This document shows positions 1-10,873 of a DNA stretch of 64,000 bases, piece after piece. Numbering within the stretch: position 1 is the first letter of the stretch; the number at the start of each line of letters is the position of its first letter. The notes beneath the pieces are model-generated. The model did no database searches. It worked only from the letters and a program-made list of their open reading frames with translations, and was not told where the DNA came from. A program made the translations under genes and the position numbers. This stretch comes from Planctomycetota bacterium (GTDB lineage Bacteria > Planctomycetota > JAJSAM01 > JAJVHW01): assembly GCA_965248445.1 (NCBI GenBank), contig CBDFJG010000004.1:1856001-1920000 (forward strand), written 5' to 3'.

Positions 1-993
1 TCCGTCACGACCGGCGACGGCCTCGCGATGGCGTATCGAGCCGGCGCGGCCGTGCGGGACATGGAGTTCATGCAGTTCCACCCGACCGTGCTGTACGTGC
101 CGGGCGCGCCACGCACCCTGCTCTCGGAGGCGGCCCGGGGTGAAGGCGCGCACGTGCTCGACGTGCGGGGCCGGCGATTCCTGACGGATTACGACGAGCG
201 TGGCGAGCTGGCACCCCGCGACATTGTCTCCCGATCGATCGTGACGCACCTGATCGATAACAGCGACACGCACGTACTCCTCGATCTGCGGCACCTGCCC
301 GCCGAACGGCTGGAGTCCCACATCCCAGGAGTGGTCGCTACCGGTCGCTCGGTCGGACTCGACGTCAGCGAGCATCCGCTGCCGATCCGACCGGCCGCGC
401 ACTACACGCTCGGCGGCGTGGTCACGGACACGGATGGACGCACCACGCTCCCCGGCTTGTTCGCGTGCGGCGAAGTGACCTCGAGCGGCCTGCACGGCGC
501 CAATCGCCTGGCTTCGAACAGCCTGCTGGAGGGCGTCGTGATGGGGCGTCGTGCCGGGCGGCTGGCCGCCGCCCGCGCTGCGGGGCGTTCCGCCCGCGCG
601 AGGGACATCACGTGCGATGCTCCCGGTCCGTCGGTATCCGAGTTCGACGCCGACGACCTCAGGCGCTCCATCGAGAGCGTCCTCTGGCGCCAAGCCGGCA
701 TCCGGCGCGACGGTGACGGCCTGGCTGCGGCGGCGCAGCAGCTCGAGGAGTGGGCACCGTTCGTGCTCGGACGCACCCTGCCGCTGGCAGCGGGGGTCGA
801 GGCACAGAACCTCTGCATACTCTCCCGTCTGCTCGTGCAGGCCGCGCTGGAGCGCGAGGAGACGCGCGGCGTCCACTGGCGAACCGACCGGCCCGATCGC
901 GACGACAGCCGCTTTTGCGGACACATGGTCCAGCAGCGCGGCAAGGAACTGCGATTCTCACCGCACGTCCCGACGGAGCCAGCCGCCACGTGA
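1..993 (+). CDS. nadB: L-aspartate oxidase (5'-partial)
   Basis: TGDGLAMAYRAGA, DMEFMQFHPT, LLSEAARGEG, ELAPRDIVSR, AHYTLGG, GLHGANRLASNSLLEG, REETRGVH motifs; frame open from base 1. Confidence 0.9.
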   Translation, partial: SVTTGDGLAMAYRAGAAVRDMEFMQFHPTVLYVPGAPRTLLSEAARGEGAHVLDVRGRRFLTDYDERGELAPRDIVSRSIVTHLIDNSDTHVLLDLRHLPAERLESHIPGVVATGRSVGLDVSEHPLPIRPAAHYTLGGVVTDTDGRTTLPGLFACGEVTSSGLHGANRLASNSLLEGVVMGRRAGRLAAARAAGRSARARDITCDAPGPSVSEFDADDLRRSIESVLWRQAGIRRDGDGLAAAAQQLEEWAPFVLGRTLPLAAGVEAQNLCILSRLLVQAALEREETRGVHWRTDRPDRDDSRFCGHMVQQRGKELRFSPHVPTEPAAT

Positions 994-2351
994 TCGAGAC
1001 CGACGCGGAGAACGGTCATCAGCGCGTGATCCTCGTCGGGCTCCGGCTCCTCGCGGACCCCGAGCACCACGAGGGGCCGCTCGCCGAGCTCGAGCGCCTG
1101 GCCGCCACGGCCGGCGGCACGGTGGTCGGTCGCTTCGTCCAGCGTCGCAAGCGCCCGGACTCGAAGTACTTCATCGGTCGCGGGAAGGCGCAGGAGGTTG
1201 CCCGCGCCGCGCGCAGCCAGGACGCTCACCTGATCCTCGTGGACAACGATCTCTCCCCTGCGCAGGAACGCAACCTCGAGGAGTTGACCAGCTGCACGGT
1301 GGTCGACCGCAGCGGGCTGATCCTCGACATCTTCGCGACCCGTGCGCGCACGACTCAGGCCCGGCTGCAGGTCGAGCTGGCTCAGCTGCAGTACACGCGT
1401 TCGCGGCTCAAGCGAATGTGGACGCACCTCGAGCGCATGGAAGGCGCCATCGGTACGCGCGGACCAGGTGAGAAGCAGATCGAGGAGGACCGTCGTCTGA
1501 TCGACCGGCGCATCCAGGCGCTGCGGCGTTCTCTGAAAGTGGAGGAACGCCGCCGCGAGACACGCTCCCGCTCCCGGGCCCCGTTCTTCAACGTGTCGCT
1601 CGTGGGTTACACGAACGCGGGCAAGAGCACACTTCTCCGCGCGCTCACGGGGGCTGACACGTTCATCGAGGACAAGCTCTTCGCCACACTCGACACGCAG
1701 ACTCGCGCGTGGGAACTGGCCGGAAACCAGCGCGTGTTCCTGTCCGACACGGTCGGGTTCATCCGCGACCTCCCGCACAACCTGGTCGCGTCGTTCCACT
1801 CGACGCTTGCCGAAGCCGTCGAAGCGGATCTGCTGCTGCACGTCGTCGATGCCTCGAGCCCCGACGCAGAGCACCACATGCGCGTCGTGCTCGAGGTCCT
1901 GCGGGAGATCGGCGCCGGCGCTCCGTCACTCCTCGTGTTCAACAAGGTCGATGCGGTCGCGGACCGCATGCAGACCGCGTCGTTGTTCAGCGCACACCCG
2001 GATGCGCTCGCCGTGTCGGCCGTCGCGGGGGACGGGCTCCCGGCTCTCGGTGCGCGCGTTGCCGACGTCGTGCAGTCGTTCCTGCGCGAGATCGAGTTGG
2101 ACGTGCCAGCCGCCGCAGGCCGCTTGCTGGCGTTTGTCGCGGAGAAGGGCACCGTGGTCGAGCGGGAGTACACGGGGGAGCGCGTTCGATTGCGCGTGCG
2201 GCTCGCGCCGCGCGACGTGGCACACGTGATCGGTCACTTGCAGGAGTGCGATGGGCGGCTCGTCGAGGCGGCCGGGGCTGAGGAGCGTCCGGAGCCACAC
2301 CCGGTCGCGCCCGATGAACGCTCCGCCGACGGCGAGTCCGACGCGGCCTGA
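990..2351 (+). CDS. hflX: ribosome-splitting GTPase HflX
   Basis: GYTNAGKST, LFATLD, DTVGFI, NKVD motifs; GTG start overlaps the nadB stop (GTGA). Confidence 0.93.
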   Translation: MIETDAENGHQRVILVGLRLLADPEHHEGPLAELERLAATAGGTVVGRFVQRRKRPDSKYFIGRGKAQEVARAARSQDAHLILVDNDLSPAQERNLEELTSCTVVDRSGLILDIFATRARTTQARLQVELAQLQYTRSRLKRMWTHLERMEGAIGTRGPGEKQIEEDRRLIDRRIQALRRSLKVEERRRETRSRSRAPFFNVSLVGYTNAGKSTLLRALTGADTFIEDKLFATLDTQTRAWELAGNQRVFLSDTVGFIRDLPHNLVASFHSTLAEAVEADLLLHVVDASSPDAEHHMRVVLEVLREIGAGAPSLLVFNKVDAVADRMQTASLFSAHPDALAVSAVAGDGLPALGARVADVVQSFLREIELDVPAAAGRLLAFVAEKGTVVEREYTGERVRLRVRLAPRDVAHVIGHLQECDGRLVEAAGAEERPEPHPVAPDERSADGESDAA

Positions 2352-2383
2352 TGCTGATGCGGCCTGATGCGGCCTGATGCGGC
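2343..2383. repeat. imperfect 10-bp tandem repeat (GCGGCCTGAT x~3.5) spanning the hflX stop codon
   Basis: gcggcctgat gctgat gcggcctgat gcggcctgat gcggc read directly. Confidence 0.85.
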
Positions 2384-3757
2384 GGTGGCGAACGAGGAAC
2401 ACGACGCGTCCCGCCTCGACGGCATCGCCATTGTCTACGTCGTCGTCGAACGGGACTCCGGCGGCGACGCCGTGCTCAGGTGGCTGCGCTCGTCCAGCAT
2501 CCGCCATCGTGCCCGACTGATCCTCCTCGACGGGTTCAAGGACCCGAGCGAGATGCACGTCGATGACCCGGAGCGCTTCCCTGAGCGCTGGCAGGCCGCG
2601 AAGGACTCCGCCCCGCCGTGGTCGGATCGGGCTGCGGCGCTCCTGTCCCCCGCACGAGACCGTCTGTTCACCGAGTGTCGCGATCTCGCCCTGAGCCCCG
2701 ACGTGCTGGGAGAAGTCACCAGCACACTTCGCGAGTGCGCCGTGGTGGGCGAGCAGCGACTCGGACAGCTCTTGTTCCTCGTGCTCGTGACGCGCCTCTT
2801 TGATCGGCCTGTCTCTGTGCTGGTCGAAGGCCCCTCTTCCGCGGGGAAGTCGTACGTCGTGAGTTCCGTGCTGCGACTTCTGCCGAAGTCCACTCACGTC
2901 AATCTGACGTGCAGCTCGCCGCTCGGACTCATCTACGCCCAGGAGTCGCTGTCGCACCGCTTCGTTGTTCTGGTTGAGAAGACTGCCCTAGAGAACCGGA
3001 CCTTCGCAGACATGCTGAAGACGCTCCTGTCGGAGGGGTTCATCGAACGGTGGATTGTCGAACTCCAATCAGATCGCCCAGTTGGCCGCGTGCTTCGCAA
3101 GGACGGCCCAACGGGCTTGATCTCCACGACGACGGACGTAGCGATCGATCCCGAGTGGGACACCCGCGTGTTCTGCGTTCCCGTCACCGAGTCGAGTGAG
3201 CACACCGCTGACATCCTCCGAGTGCAGATAGAGGACAGTGGACAACCGGACCTCGGTCCTCGGTCCGTGGCATGCACTCCAGCACTGGCTAGACGTGGGA
3301 CCGCGAGACGTGTCGATCCCGTTCGCCGACGAACTGGCGCGTCGCATCCCTCCGCTGAACGTGCGCTTGCACCGAGACGTGGCGGCGGTCCGTTCTCTCA
3401 TCGACGCATCGGCGTTGCTCCATCAGGCCACGCGAGACGTGGACGCCGAGGGCCGCATCATCGCCACGCTAGATGACTACGCAGCCGTCTACGAACTCAC
3501 GCACGACCTGATCGCAACCGCCGTGAACGATGCGGTCTCAACAACGGTCCGCGAAACCGTCGCCACGGTGCGGAGGCTCATTGAGGAGTCGGCCGACGGC
3601 GTGTCGGTGACAGCCGTCGCCAGGACACTCGGCATCGACAAGGGCAGCGCCTCCCGTCGCGTCAAGCGGGCCATCCGCGGCGGGTACGTCGTGAGAGCCG
3701 AGGAACGCCCGGGCCGCGCCTCTCGACTAGCCATCGGAGAACCGTTGCCGGAGGAGG
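2367..3757 (+). pseudogene. P-loop ATPase with C-terminal HTH, of the type found in mobile-element replication modules; frameshifted and 3'-truncated by IS
   Basis: Walker A GPSSAGKS; 7-bp duplication CCTCGGT at 3251-3264 shifts the frame; HTH-like VTAVARTLGIDKGSASRRV; runs into an IS end at 3758. Confidence 0.65.
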
Positions 3758-4064
3758 CGGGACGTGTCAACGACTTTGAGACACCGCGTCTTCGAGTTTA
3801 GTGAGCAGCCTCCTGTGTCGCAGTCTCCAGCGCCGCGAGTTCCCGGGCCGGCGGGTTGATCCACGTCTCGGTCGGCAGAGCCGGCGGCGTCGGCGCACGG
3901 CGCACGAAGCGCTCGGGATGCGCCGCGTACGCGGCATCGAGCACGACCGAGCGCGCGGCGACGGCCGCTTCGGCGCGGCCGTAGTGCACGGTCTCGGGCG
4001 TCAGCAGCCCGAGACTCGAGTGACGATGCTCGCGGTTGTACCAGTGGAAAAAGGCGCGGCAGTG
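3758..4064 (-). mobile_element. IS3-like element, 3' fragment only (~307 bp)
   Basis: reverse complement of the last ~307 bp of the full copy at 4065-5705. Confidence 0.9.
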
Positions 4065-4136
4065 CCCTCTGTGCCAACGTGGCTGAGACACCGACCCCAC
4101 GGATGATTACTGTGCAGGGCGGTGGAGGAACCAGCG

Positions 4137-4640
4137 ATGACGAACAACCACAACACAGCGCCGGGGGAGATCCCGGAGCCGAGGGAGGGCGAGCATAGCG
4201 AGCGCGATCGAGGCGGAGGGGGCTCCCCCGGGGCGCGCGGCCCGGGGGACGTTGGGGTGCGCGACCCCGAGGTCGTGCCGCGCGCCTCGCGGCGGCGCTT
4301 TGGCGCCGCGTACAAGCTACGGATCATCGAGGCGGCGGACGCGTGCACGAAGCCCGGCGAGATCGGCGCTCTCTTGCGCCGTGAGGGGCTGTACTCCTCG
4401 CACTTGTTGACGTGGCGGCGCGCGCGGGACCAGGGCCAGCTCGAGGCGCTCTCGCCCAAGCGGCGTGGTCCCAAGCCCGATCCGGACCGTGCGCTCAAGA
4501 AGCGCAACGAGCAGCTCGAGCGCGAAGTCGCCCGTCTCGAGAAGCGGCTCGAGACGGCCGAGGTGATCATCGACGTGCAGCGAAAAGTCTCACGGCTGCT
4601 GGGCATCGAGATGCCCGAGACGAGCGGGAGCGACACGTGA
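4137..4640 (+). CDS. IS3-like transposase OrfA (HTH + coiled coil)
   Basis: RRRFGAAYKLRII..GEIGALLRREGLYSSHL; GGAGG SD before ATG 4137. Confidence 0.85.
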   Translation: MTNNHNTAPGEIPEPREGEHSERDRGGGGSPGARGPGDVGVRDPEVVPRASRRRFGAAYKLRIIEAADACTKPGEIGALLRREGLYSSHLLTWRRARDQGQLEALSPKRRGPKPDPDRALKKRNEQLEREVARLEKRLETAEVIIDVQRKVSRLLGIEMPETSGSDT

Positions 4641-5665
4641 TTGCGGCGGAGGAGCTGGGGGGACGCGTGGGCGTCGCCCCCGCGTGCCGCGCGCTCGGAG
4701 TCACGCGCGCCACGCTCTATCGGCGCCGAACGGCACGCACGTGCCCCCGGCCCCAGCAGCCGCGCCGGCGCTCGCCGCGCGCCCTCACGATCGACGAGCG
4801 TCTTACCGTACTCGCGGTGCTGAGCGAGGAGCGCTTCTGCGATCTGTCACCGCTTGCGGCGTGGGCGATCCTGCTCGACGAGGGACGCTACCTGTGCTCG
4901 GTGCGCACGATGTACCGCATCCTCGGTGCGGCTGGTGCTGTGCGTGAGCGCCGCAACCAGCTGCGTCATCCCGCGTACAAGAAGCCCGAGCTCCTCGCGA
5001 CCTCCCCGAACCAGGTCTGGAGCTGGGACATCACCAAGCTCCGCGGCCCGGTGAAGTGGAGCTACTTCTATCTCTACGTCGTGCTCGACATCTACTCCCG
5101 CAACGTCGTGGGCTGGATGCTGGCGGACTGCGAGAGCGGTGCGCTGGCGACGGCACTCATCGAGCAGTCCTGCGAGAAGCAGGGGATCGCGGCGGAGCAG
5201 CTCACGATCCACTCCGATCGGGGGCCGCCGATGATCAGCAAGCCGGTGGCCTTTCTGCTCGCCGATCTCGGCGTGACGAAGTCGCACAGCCGGCCGTACA
5301 CGTCGAATGACAATCCGTTTTCCGAGAGCCAATTCCGCACGCTGAAGTACCGGCCGGACTTCCCAGCGCGCTTCGGCTGCATCGAGGACGCGCGGGCGCA
5401 CTGCCGCGCCTTTTTCCACTGGTACAACCGCGAGCATCGTCACTCGAGTCTCGGGCTGCTGACGCCCGAGACCGTGCACTACGGCCGCGCCGAAGCGGCC
5501 GTCGCCGCGCGCTCGGTCGTGCTCGATGCCGCGTACGCGGCGCATCCCGAGCGCTTCGTGCGCCGTGCGCCGACGCCGCCGGCTCTGCCGACCGAGACGT
5601 GGATCAACCCGCCGGCCCGGGAACTCGCGGCGCTGGAGACTGCGACACAGGAGGCTGCTCACTAA
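4637..5665 (+). CDS. IS3-like transposase OrfB (DDE/rve integrase)
   Basis: WSWDIT, LDIYSR, HSDRG, NDNPFSESQF motifs; GTGA overlap with orfA in the -1 frame. Confidence 0.9.
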   Translation: MIAAEELGGRVGVAPACRALGVTRATLYRRRTARTCPRPQQPRRRSPRALTIDERLTVLAVLSEERFCDLSPLAAWAILLDEGRYLCSVRTMYRILGAAGAVRERRNQLRHPAYKKPELLATSPNQVWSWDITKLRGPVKWSYFYLYVVLDIYSRNVVGWMLADCESGALATALIEQSCEKQGIAAEQLTIHSDRGPPMISKPVAFLLADLGVTKSHSRPYTSNDNPFSESQFRTLKYRPDFPARFGCIEDARAHCRAFFHWYNREHRHSSLGLLTPETVHYGRAEAAVAARSVVLDAAYAAHPERFVRRAPTPPALPTETWINPPARELAALETATQEAAH

Positions 5666-5705
5666 ACTCGAAGACGCGGTGTCTCAAAGTCGTTGACACG
5701 TCCCG

Positions 5706-6635
5706 CCAGCCGAGGCGGGTGGAAAGCAGACTTTCGTGTTCGTCCACGATTCGGGCGACGCCGCCCAGGTGTTCGGCTATGCGATGGGGAAAGACGGCTC
5801 CCTCGCGCCGGTCCCCGGCTCCCCGTTCCAGATCGGTGAGCCCTCCTCCGAGTGCGGTGGACAGTGCCAGACGTCGGCGTACAGCAAGCGCCGGAAGGTG
5901 CTGCTGACCACGCATGCGAACGGCGTGACGTCATGGGTGGTGGCGAAGGACGGCTCCCTCACACAGGGGACGGGCGGAGCGCTCCCGGGCAGTTCCTCCA
6001 TGGGTGTGGCGGTGGTCGACGTGAAGAAGCACTCGTTCGCCTACGTCGCGACGAACGCGGGCGATATCCACGGGTACGAGATCGGCCGGGACGGCTCGCT
6101 GACTCCCCTGCCGGGGTTTCCCGTCTCGCGCGGCGACGACCTCATCGGGATGACTTCGATCAAGCGCGTGCTCCTGGTCATCAACGAGGACTCGTCCGAG
6201 GTCTACTCCTTCGTGGTCGGCAAGAACGGCGCCCTCACGGAACCGGACTCCTCGCCGAGCGCCTTCGCGCCGGAGGACGGCCGCTCGTACAGCGTGCATA
6301 CCGACGCCAAGGGCAAGTTCGTCGTCGTCGGGAGCAACAACCGCATGGACGTCCAGGCGCTCGACAGGAAGACCGGCGCCGTCACGCCGATGCAGGACGG
6401 GACGCAGTTGCTCCCGATCGACGGGATCAACGGACCCGCGGTGTCGAAGAAGGGGGTCATCGCAGTGATCCCCTTCGGCCTGAGCCAAAGCGCGAACGAC
6501 CTGCGGATGATGACGGTCTTGAAGAGGTCGCGCAAACTCGCAAGTCTGGGCCCGATCCAGACGCTCGGCATGACGAATGTCTCGGTGTACGTCTTCGCTC
6601 CGAACGGGAAGTTCCTGATTGCGGCCGACGAGGAG
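5706..6635 (+). pseudogene. secreted lactonase-like beta-propeller fragment; 5' end removed by IS3, 3' end runs out of frame into the next gene
   Basis: blade repeats GKDGSLAPVPGSPF / GRDGSLTPLPGFP / GKNGALTEPDSSP; begins with a signal-peptide end (PAEA-GG). Confidence 0.6.
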
Positions 6636-8235
6636 CCCGTTCCTGAAGGCGGGCAAGACCTGGAAGCTGAAGATCCGCGGTCAGGAGGACGTCTCCGGCC
6701 AGGAGTGTCTCGAGAACCCGACGGTTGTCGTCTCGGATCTGGCCGCGGCGCCGTCGGTGGACGAGGCGCCAGACGACCGCGGCAGGGGCAAGTTCCGGAT
6801 TGCGCTCCTCGACCTGCCGGGCGGCGGCCGCGTCGACATCACCACATGCGGCAAGACCCGCACCTGGCACCTCGTCAACCTGGGCCCGAAGGGCGCGCTC
6901 GACGATCCGATCTCGCCGATCGAGCCCCCCGCGAGTCTGAGCTACGACGAACCGGCGCCCTCCTACAGGGTCGGCGACCCGATCACCGACAACACCGCCT
7001 CGCTCGGCGGCGGCGGCGCGCCGACCGCGTTCTCGATCGCGCCGCAGGCGCCCGACGGACTGACGTTCGACGCGGCCACCGGAACGCTCAGCGGCACGCC
7101 GGAGACCGCCGCGTTCTCCTCCCCGTTCACGATCACGGCGTCGAACGACTCGGGGCAGACGGAGGCGGTGCTGTCGATCCAGGTCACTCCGGAGACGCCG
7201 GACGGAGTCGAGTTCCTCGAGGCCGGCTTCGTCATCGAACAGCTCCACTCCGGACTCGACGTGCCCGTCAAGCTCGCGTTCCTGCCCGACGGGCGTCTCC
7301 TCTTCAACGAGCTGCTCAACGGCAGGACGCGCGTCATCGCGTCGGACGGAACGCTCCTGACAACCCCGTTCGCGACGACGACCGTCAACACGGGCGGGGA
7401 GCAGGGGCTGCTCGGGCTCGCAGTCTCGCCGACATTCGAGAGCGACGGCCACGTCTTCGTGCTCGCCACCGTTCCGGCGGATGGGCCCCAGCCGATCCGC
7501 AACCAGGTCATCCGCTACACGGCCACCGGTGACACCGGCGGTTCGCCGACGGTGATCCTGGACGACATCCCGGCGGCGACTATCCACAACGCGGGCGATC
7601 TGCAGTTCGGCCCGGTCGACGGCAAGCTCTACGTCAGCACGGGCGACGCAGAAGACGAGGACAACTCGCAGACGGACGGGAGGCTCGCCGGCAAGATCCT
7701 CCGGATCAACGCGGACGGAACCGTTCCCGGAGACAATCCCGTCCCCGGCGACCCGGAGTGGTGCCGCGGGCTCCGGAACACCTTCGACATGGCGTTCCAC
7801 CCGGTTACCGATGGCCTTTTCGGGTCGGAGAACGGACCGACGTTCGGCGACGAGATCAACTTCCTCGCTCGGGACAAGAACTTCGGCTGGGGTCCCGTCC
7901 CGCCGGATCTTCCCGCGTTCAAGCTGGGCGTGCGGGTGATCGATTGGACGCCCGTGATCGTGCCGACGGGCGTGTTGTTCCTCGAGGGCGCAGGCTTCCC
8001 GGCCGACTTCGAGGACGACCTGCTCGTGCTCGAGTACGACGAGGCCGGCATCCGTCGCCTGCAACTCTCCGGCTCGTCGAAGATCGACCTCGACGCACAA
8101 GTCCCGTTCGTCGACCTGGACGATTCGGGGTCGGTCGACAACAAGCCGCTCGACGCGGTCGAGGCGCCGGATGGTTCGCTGTGGTTCTCGACGTTCGGCG
8201 GCCTCTGGCGGGTCGCTCCGTACGAAACACCCTGA
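6636..8235 (+). CDS. PQQ-dependent sugar dehydrogenase (GSDH family) with N-terminal He_PIG-type Ig domain; 5' end uncertain
   Basis: GEQGLLGLAVSP, HNAGDLQFGPVDGKLY, GKILRINADGTVPGDNP, GLRNTF; Ig motif GLTFDAATGTLSGTP. Confidence 0.75.
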
Positions 8236-8405
8236 CGCGCGACCGGCAAGCGCCGCGGTGTAACCGATCTCGCGGTAACCACTTACGAGAGTGCGTCGCG
8301 GCGGCGGGCGACGAGATACCACGTAACGGGCGCACCTGGGAATCTGTGGTACTTTTCAAGTTACGCAGCTGCTAGGCAGACCACGCGTTGGGAGGTTACA
8401 TCGAA

Positions 8406-10862
8406 ATGTTCTGGCCCTCATTTGGGGGAGGGACCGGGCGCCTCGTTCGCTTGAGTATTCTGTCCGTGATCCTGGCTGGGATCGCACCCGCCGTTCAGGC
8501 TGAGAACGGCGAAGGCTACGTCTTCGACGTCACGATCGCTCCGATCTGCCTCGACGGTACGTACCCAGTCAACATCTCCCCCTCCAGTGGCGATATTGCG
8601 GCAGCACTCACGCTTACGACGGATGCTCGGGGCAAGCTCTCCGGAACCCTTACGGCGGATAGCACCGCTTATGCCGCCAAGGGGAAGATCAAGATCAGGG
8701 GCTCGGGGACGACCTTCAAGGTCACCGCGAAGCTCTCGAAAAAGGAAAGTGTCACGCTCAAAGGTTCGCTCAGCGCGGACTCGATCAGTGGCTCTGCGAA
8801 GGGCAAGGGCGCCTTCGGTGGCGCGACCACGTTCGACATGGACGTGACGGATGCCGGCGAAGCCATCGGTTCCATCTCCGCTGTCGCCGTGCCGAAGTCG
8901 CGCGGCCGACTGGGCGGGACGGGAACGATGACCGTCTGCGGCATCGCCGTGCCCATCAAGATCGCGGGCAAGACGAAGGGGAAGTTCTCGATCATCTTCA
9001 AGGGATCGAAGAAGAAGACCCCCGTCTCCGTCAAGGGCACGGGCGACTACACCCCGGGCAGCGCACTTCTGACGCTGACCGCCAAGGGCTACGGCACGCG
9101 TTCGCACGACGCCGGCGTGAGGAACGTCGACACCGTTCTGCCACCCGCGAACGTCGTCTACGGCTTCGCCTCTCCGCTCTACGAGCGCGAGGATGTCATC
9201 ACGGCGAACGTCCCGACCGCGGACGGCGACGTCGCGGACACCTGGAGCATCACTCCGCCGCTTCCGTCGGGACTCTCGATGGACGGGGTCACGGGTGTCG
9301 TCACCGGCACACCGGACACGGTCCAGGCACCGTCACAGCACACCGTCACCGCCGGCAACCTGGCCGGCACCGCCGATGGGGCTTTGACCATCGAGGTGCG
9401 GGAGAACCGCGCCTTCTCGCTCGCCGTGCAGCCCGGACTCACGGCAGTGGACGTGCGTCACTTCCTCAACCGCGCCACGTGGGCGGTGAACGAAGCCGAC
9501 GTCGCGGACATCCAGGCCAACGGCATCGAGCAGTACATCGACGAGATGATGGTGTTCGAGCTCGACACGGCGTGGGAACAGGCCGCCACCGCGGAGGAGT
9601 TGCAAGACAGCAGCGATCCGCAGGGCCTCGTTCCGAACTCGACCGAGGTCGCGCGCTGGTGGTCCGAGCTGATGATGACCACCGAGAGCCCGTTCCAGGA
9701 GGTCCTCACGATCTTCTGGCACGACGCGATGCCGATCAACACGAACGACATCGGCGGCAACAGCCGCGCGCATCTCATGGTCCCCTACATCAACCTGCTC
9801 CGCGGCGACGGCACAGCGAACTTCAAGACGCTGATGACCGACCTCTCACGGGACGGCGCGATGCTGCGCTACCTCGACAACCACATCAACACGCGCACGG
9901 CTCCGAACGAGAACTACGCGCGTGAGTACTGGGAGCTCTTCACCGCGGGCGTGGACAACGGTTACACGCAGGACGACATCGTCGAGTCGGCGAAGGCGTT
10001 CACCGGCTGGCGCGAGCGCTCGCAGGTCGTCAACGACTACCCGACGCCCGGCAACTCGGTGACGACGTACTACTTCGAGTTCGACACGAACCGGCACGAC
10101 GTCAACGACAAGAACTTCCTCGGCCAGACGGTCTCGGGACAGAACGTCACCGACGACTTCCAGGCCGTCACGGACATCACGTTCGCGAACATCGATGTCG
10201 AGAACTTCATATCGAAGAGGCTGATCGAGTGGTTCGCCTTCTTCGAACCGCCCGACGAGCTGGTCACAGCTCTCGGAGCGGTGTTCCGCAACGCCAACTT
10301 CGAGATCATGCCGATGCTCAAGGCTCTGTTCATGAGCGAGGCCTTCTACTCGTCGCGGGCACGCGCGAACTACATCAAGAACCCCGTCGAGTTCGGCGTC
10401 GGCTTTGTCCGCACGACCGGCCTGCGCATTCCGCCGAATGACATGGACTCGCTCCTCAACACGCTCGCGATGCGGCCTTCTTTCCCGCCGGTCGTGGACG
10501 GTTGGCCGGAGAGCACAGCATGGCTCTCCGCACAGGCGATGGTCGACCGGAGCAATCTGATCGAGCACACAGTCAACAACGAGATGAGCTTCCAGAACGG
10601 CCTCGGCATCGACGTCGCAGACCTGTTGCCGCCTCCGGGCCAGCAGAGCGCGGCCGAGGTGATCGACCAACTGGCGACTCTGATGCAGGTCACGCTCGGC
10701 GCCGGTGAGCGCCAAGACCTCATCGACTACATGGTCACGGAGAACGACGGCGGCGTCATCGAGCCGTCACCTTGGGACCCGCTCAACTCGAGCATGGTCA
10801 ACGAACGCGTGCGGGGCGTCCTGTACGTCCTGGCTGTACACCCCACGTATCAGGTCCGGTAA
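8406..10862 (+). CDS. DUF1800-family protein with signal peptide, Lys-rich beta region and Ig (He_PIG) domain
   Basis: FQEVLTIFWHD, AMLRYLDN, PNENYAREYWELFTAG, YTQDDIVESAKAFTGW; GGAGG SD. Confidence 0.85.
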   Translation: MFWPSFGGGTGRLVRLSILSVILAGIAPAVQAENGEGYVFDVTIAPICLDGTYPVNISPSSGDIAAALTLTTDARGKLSGTLTADSTAYAAKGKIKIRGSGTTFKVTAKLSKKESVTLKGSLSADSISGSAKGKGAFGGATTFDMDVTDAGEAIGSISAVAVPKSRGRLGGTGTMTVCGIAVPIKIAGKTKGKFSIIFKGSKKKTPVSVKGTGDYTPGSALLTLTAKGYGTRSHDAGVRNVDTVLPPANVVYGFASPLYEREDVITANVPTADGDVADTWSITPPLPSGLSMDGVTGVVTGTPDTVQAPSQHTVTAGNLAGTADGALTIEVRENRAFSLAVQPGLTAVDVRHFLNRATWAVNEADVADIQANGIEQYIDEMMVFELDTAWEQAATAEELQDSSDPQGLVPNSTEVARWWSELMMTTESPFQEVLTIFWHDAMPINTNDIGGNSRAHLMVPYINLLRGDGTANFKTLMTDLSRDGAMLRYLDNHINTRTAPNENYAREYWELFTAGVDNGYTQDDIVESAKAFTGWRERSQVVNDYPTPGNSVTTYYFEFDTNRHDVNDKNFLGQTVSGQNVTDDFQAVTDITFANIDVENFISKRLIEWFAFFEPPDELVTALGAVFRNANFEIMPMLKALFMSEAFYSSRARANYIKNPVEFGVGFVRTTGLRIPPNDMDSLLNTLAMRPSFPPVVDGWPESTAWLSAQAMVDRSNLIEHTVNNEMSFQNGLGIDVADLLPPPGQQSAAEVIDQLATLMQVTLGAGERQDLIDYMVTENDGGVIEPSPWDPLNSSMVNERVRGVLYVLAVHPTYQVR

Positions 10863-10873
10863 AGGAGGGACAT

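Larger units (their letters stand above)
4065..5705 (+). mobile_element. IS3-like element copy 1 (1641 bp)
   Basis: same ends in all 3 full copies (CCCTCTGTGCCAACG...GTTGACACGTCCCG); imperfect IR core GTGyCAACG-n4-TGAGACACC; orfA+orfB; no TSD found. Confidence 0.92.

Noticed and set aside
8255..8372. Repeated GTAAC/TACCAC motifs upstream of DUF1800
   Set aside because: Short and irregularly spaced; no specific operator can be supported
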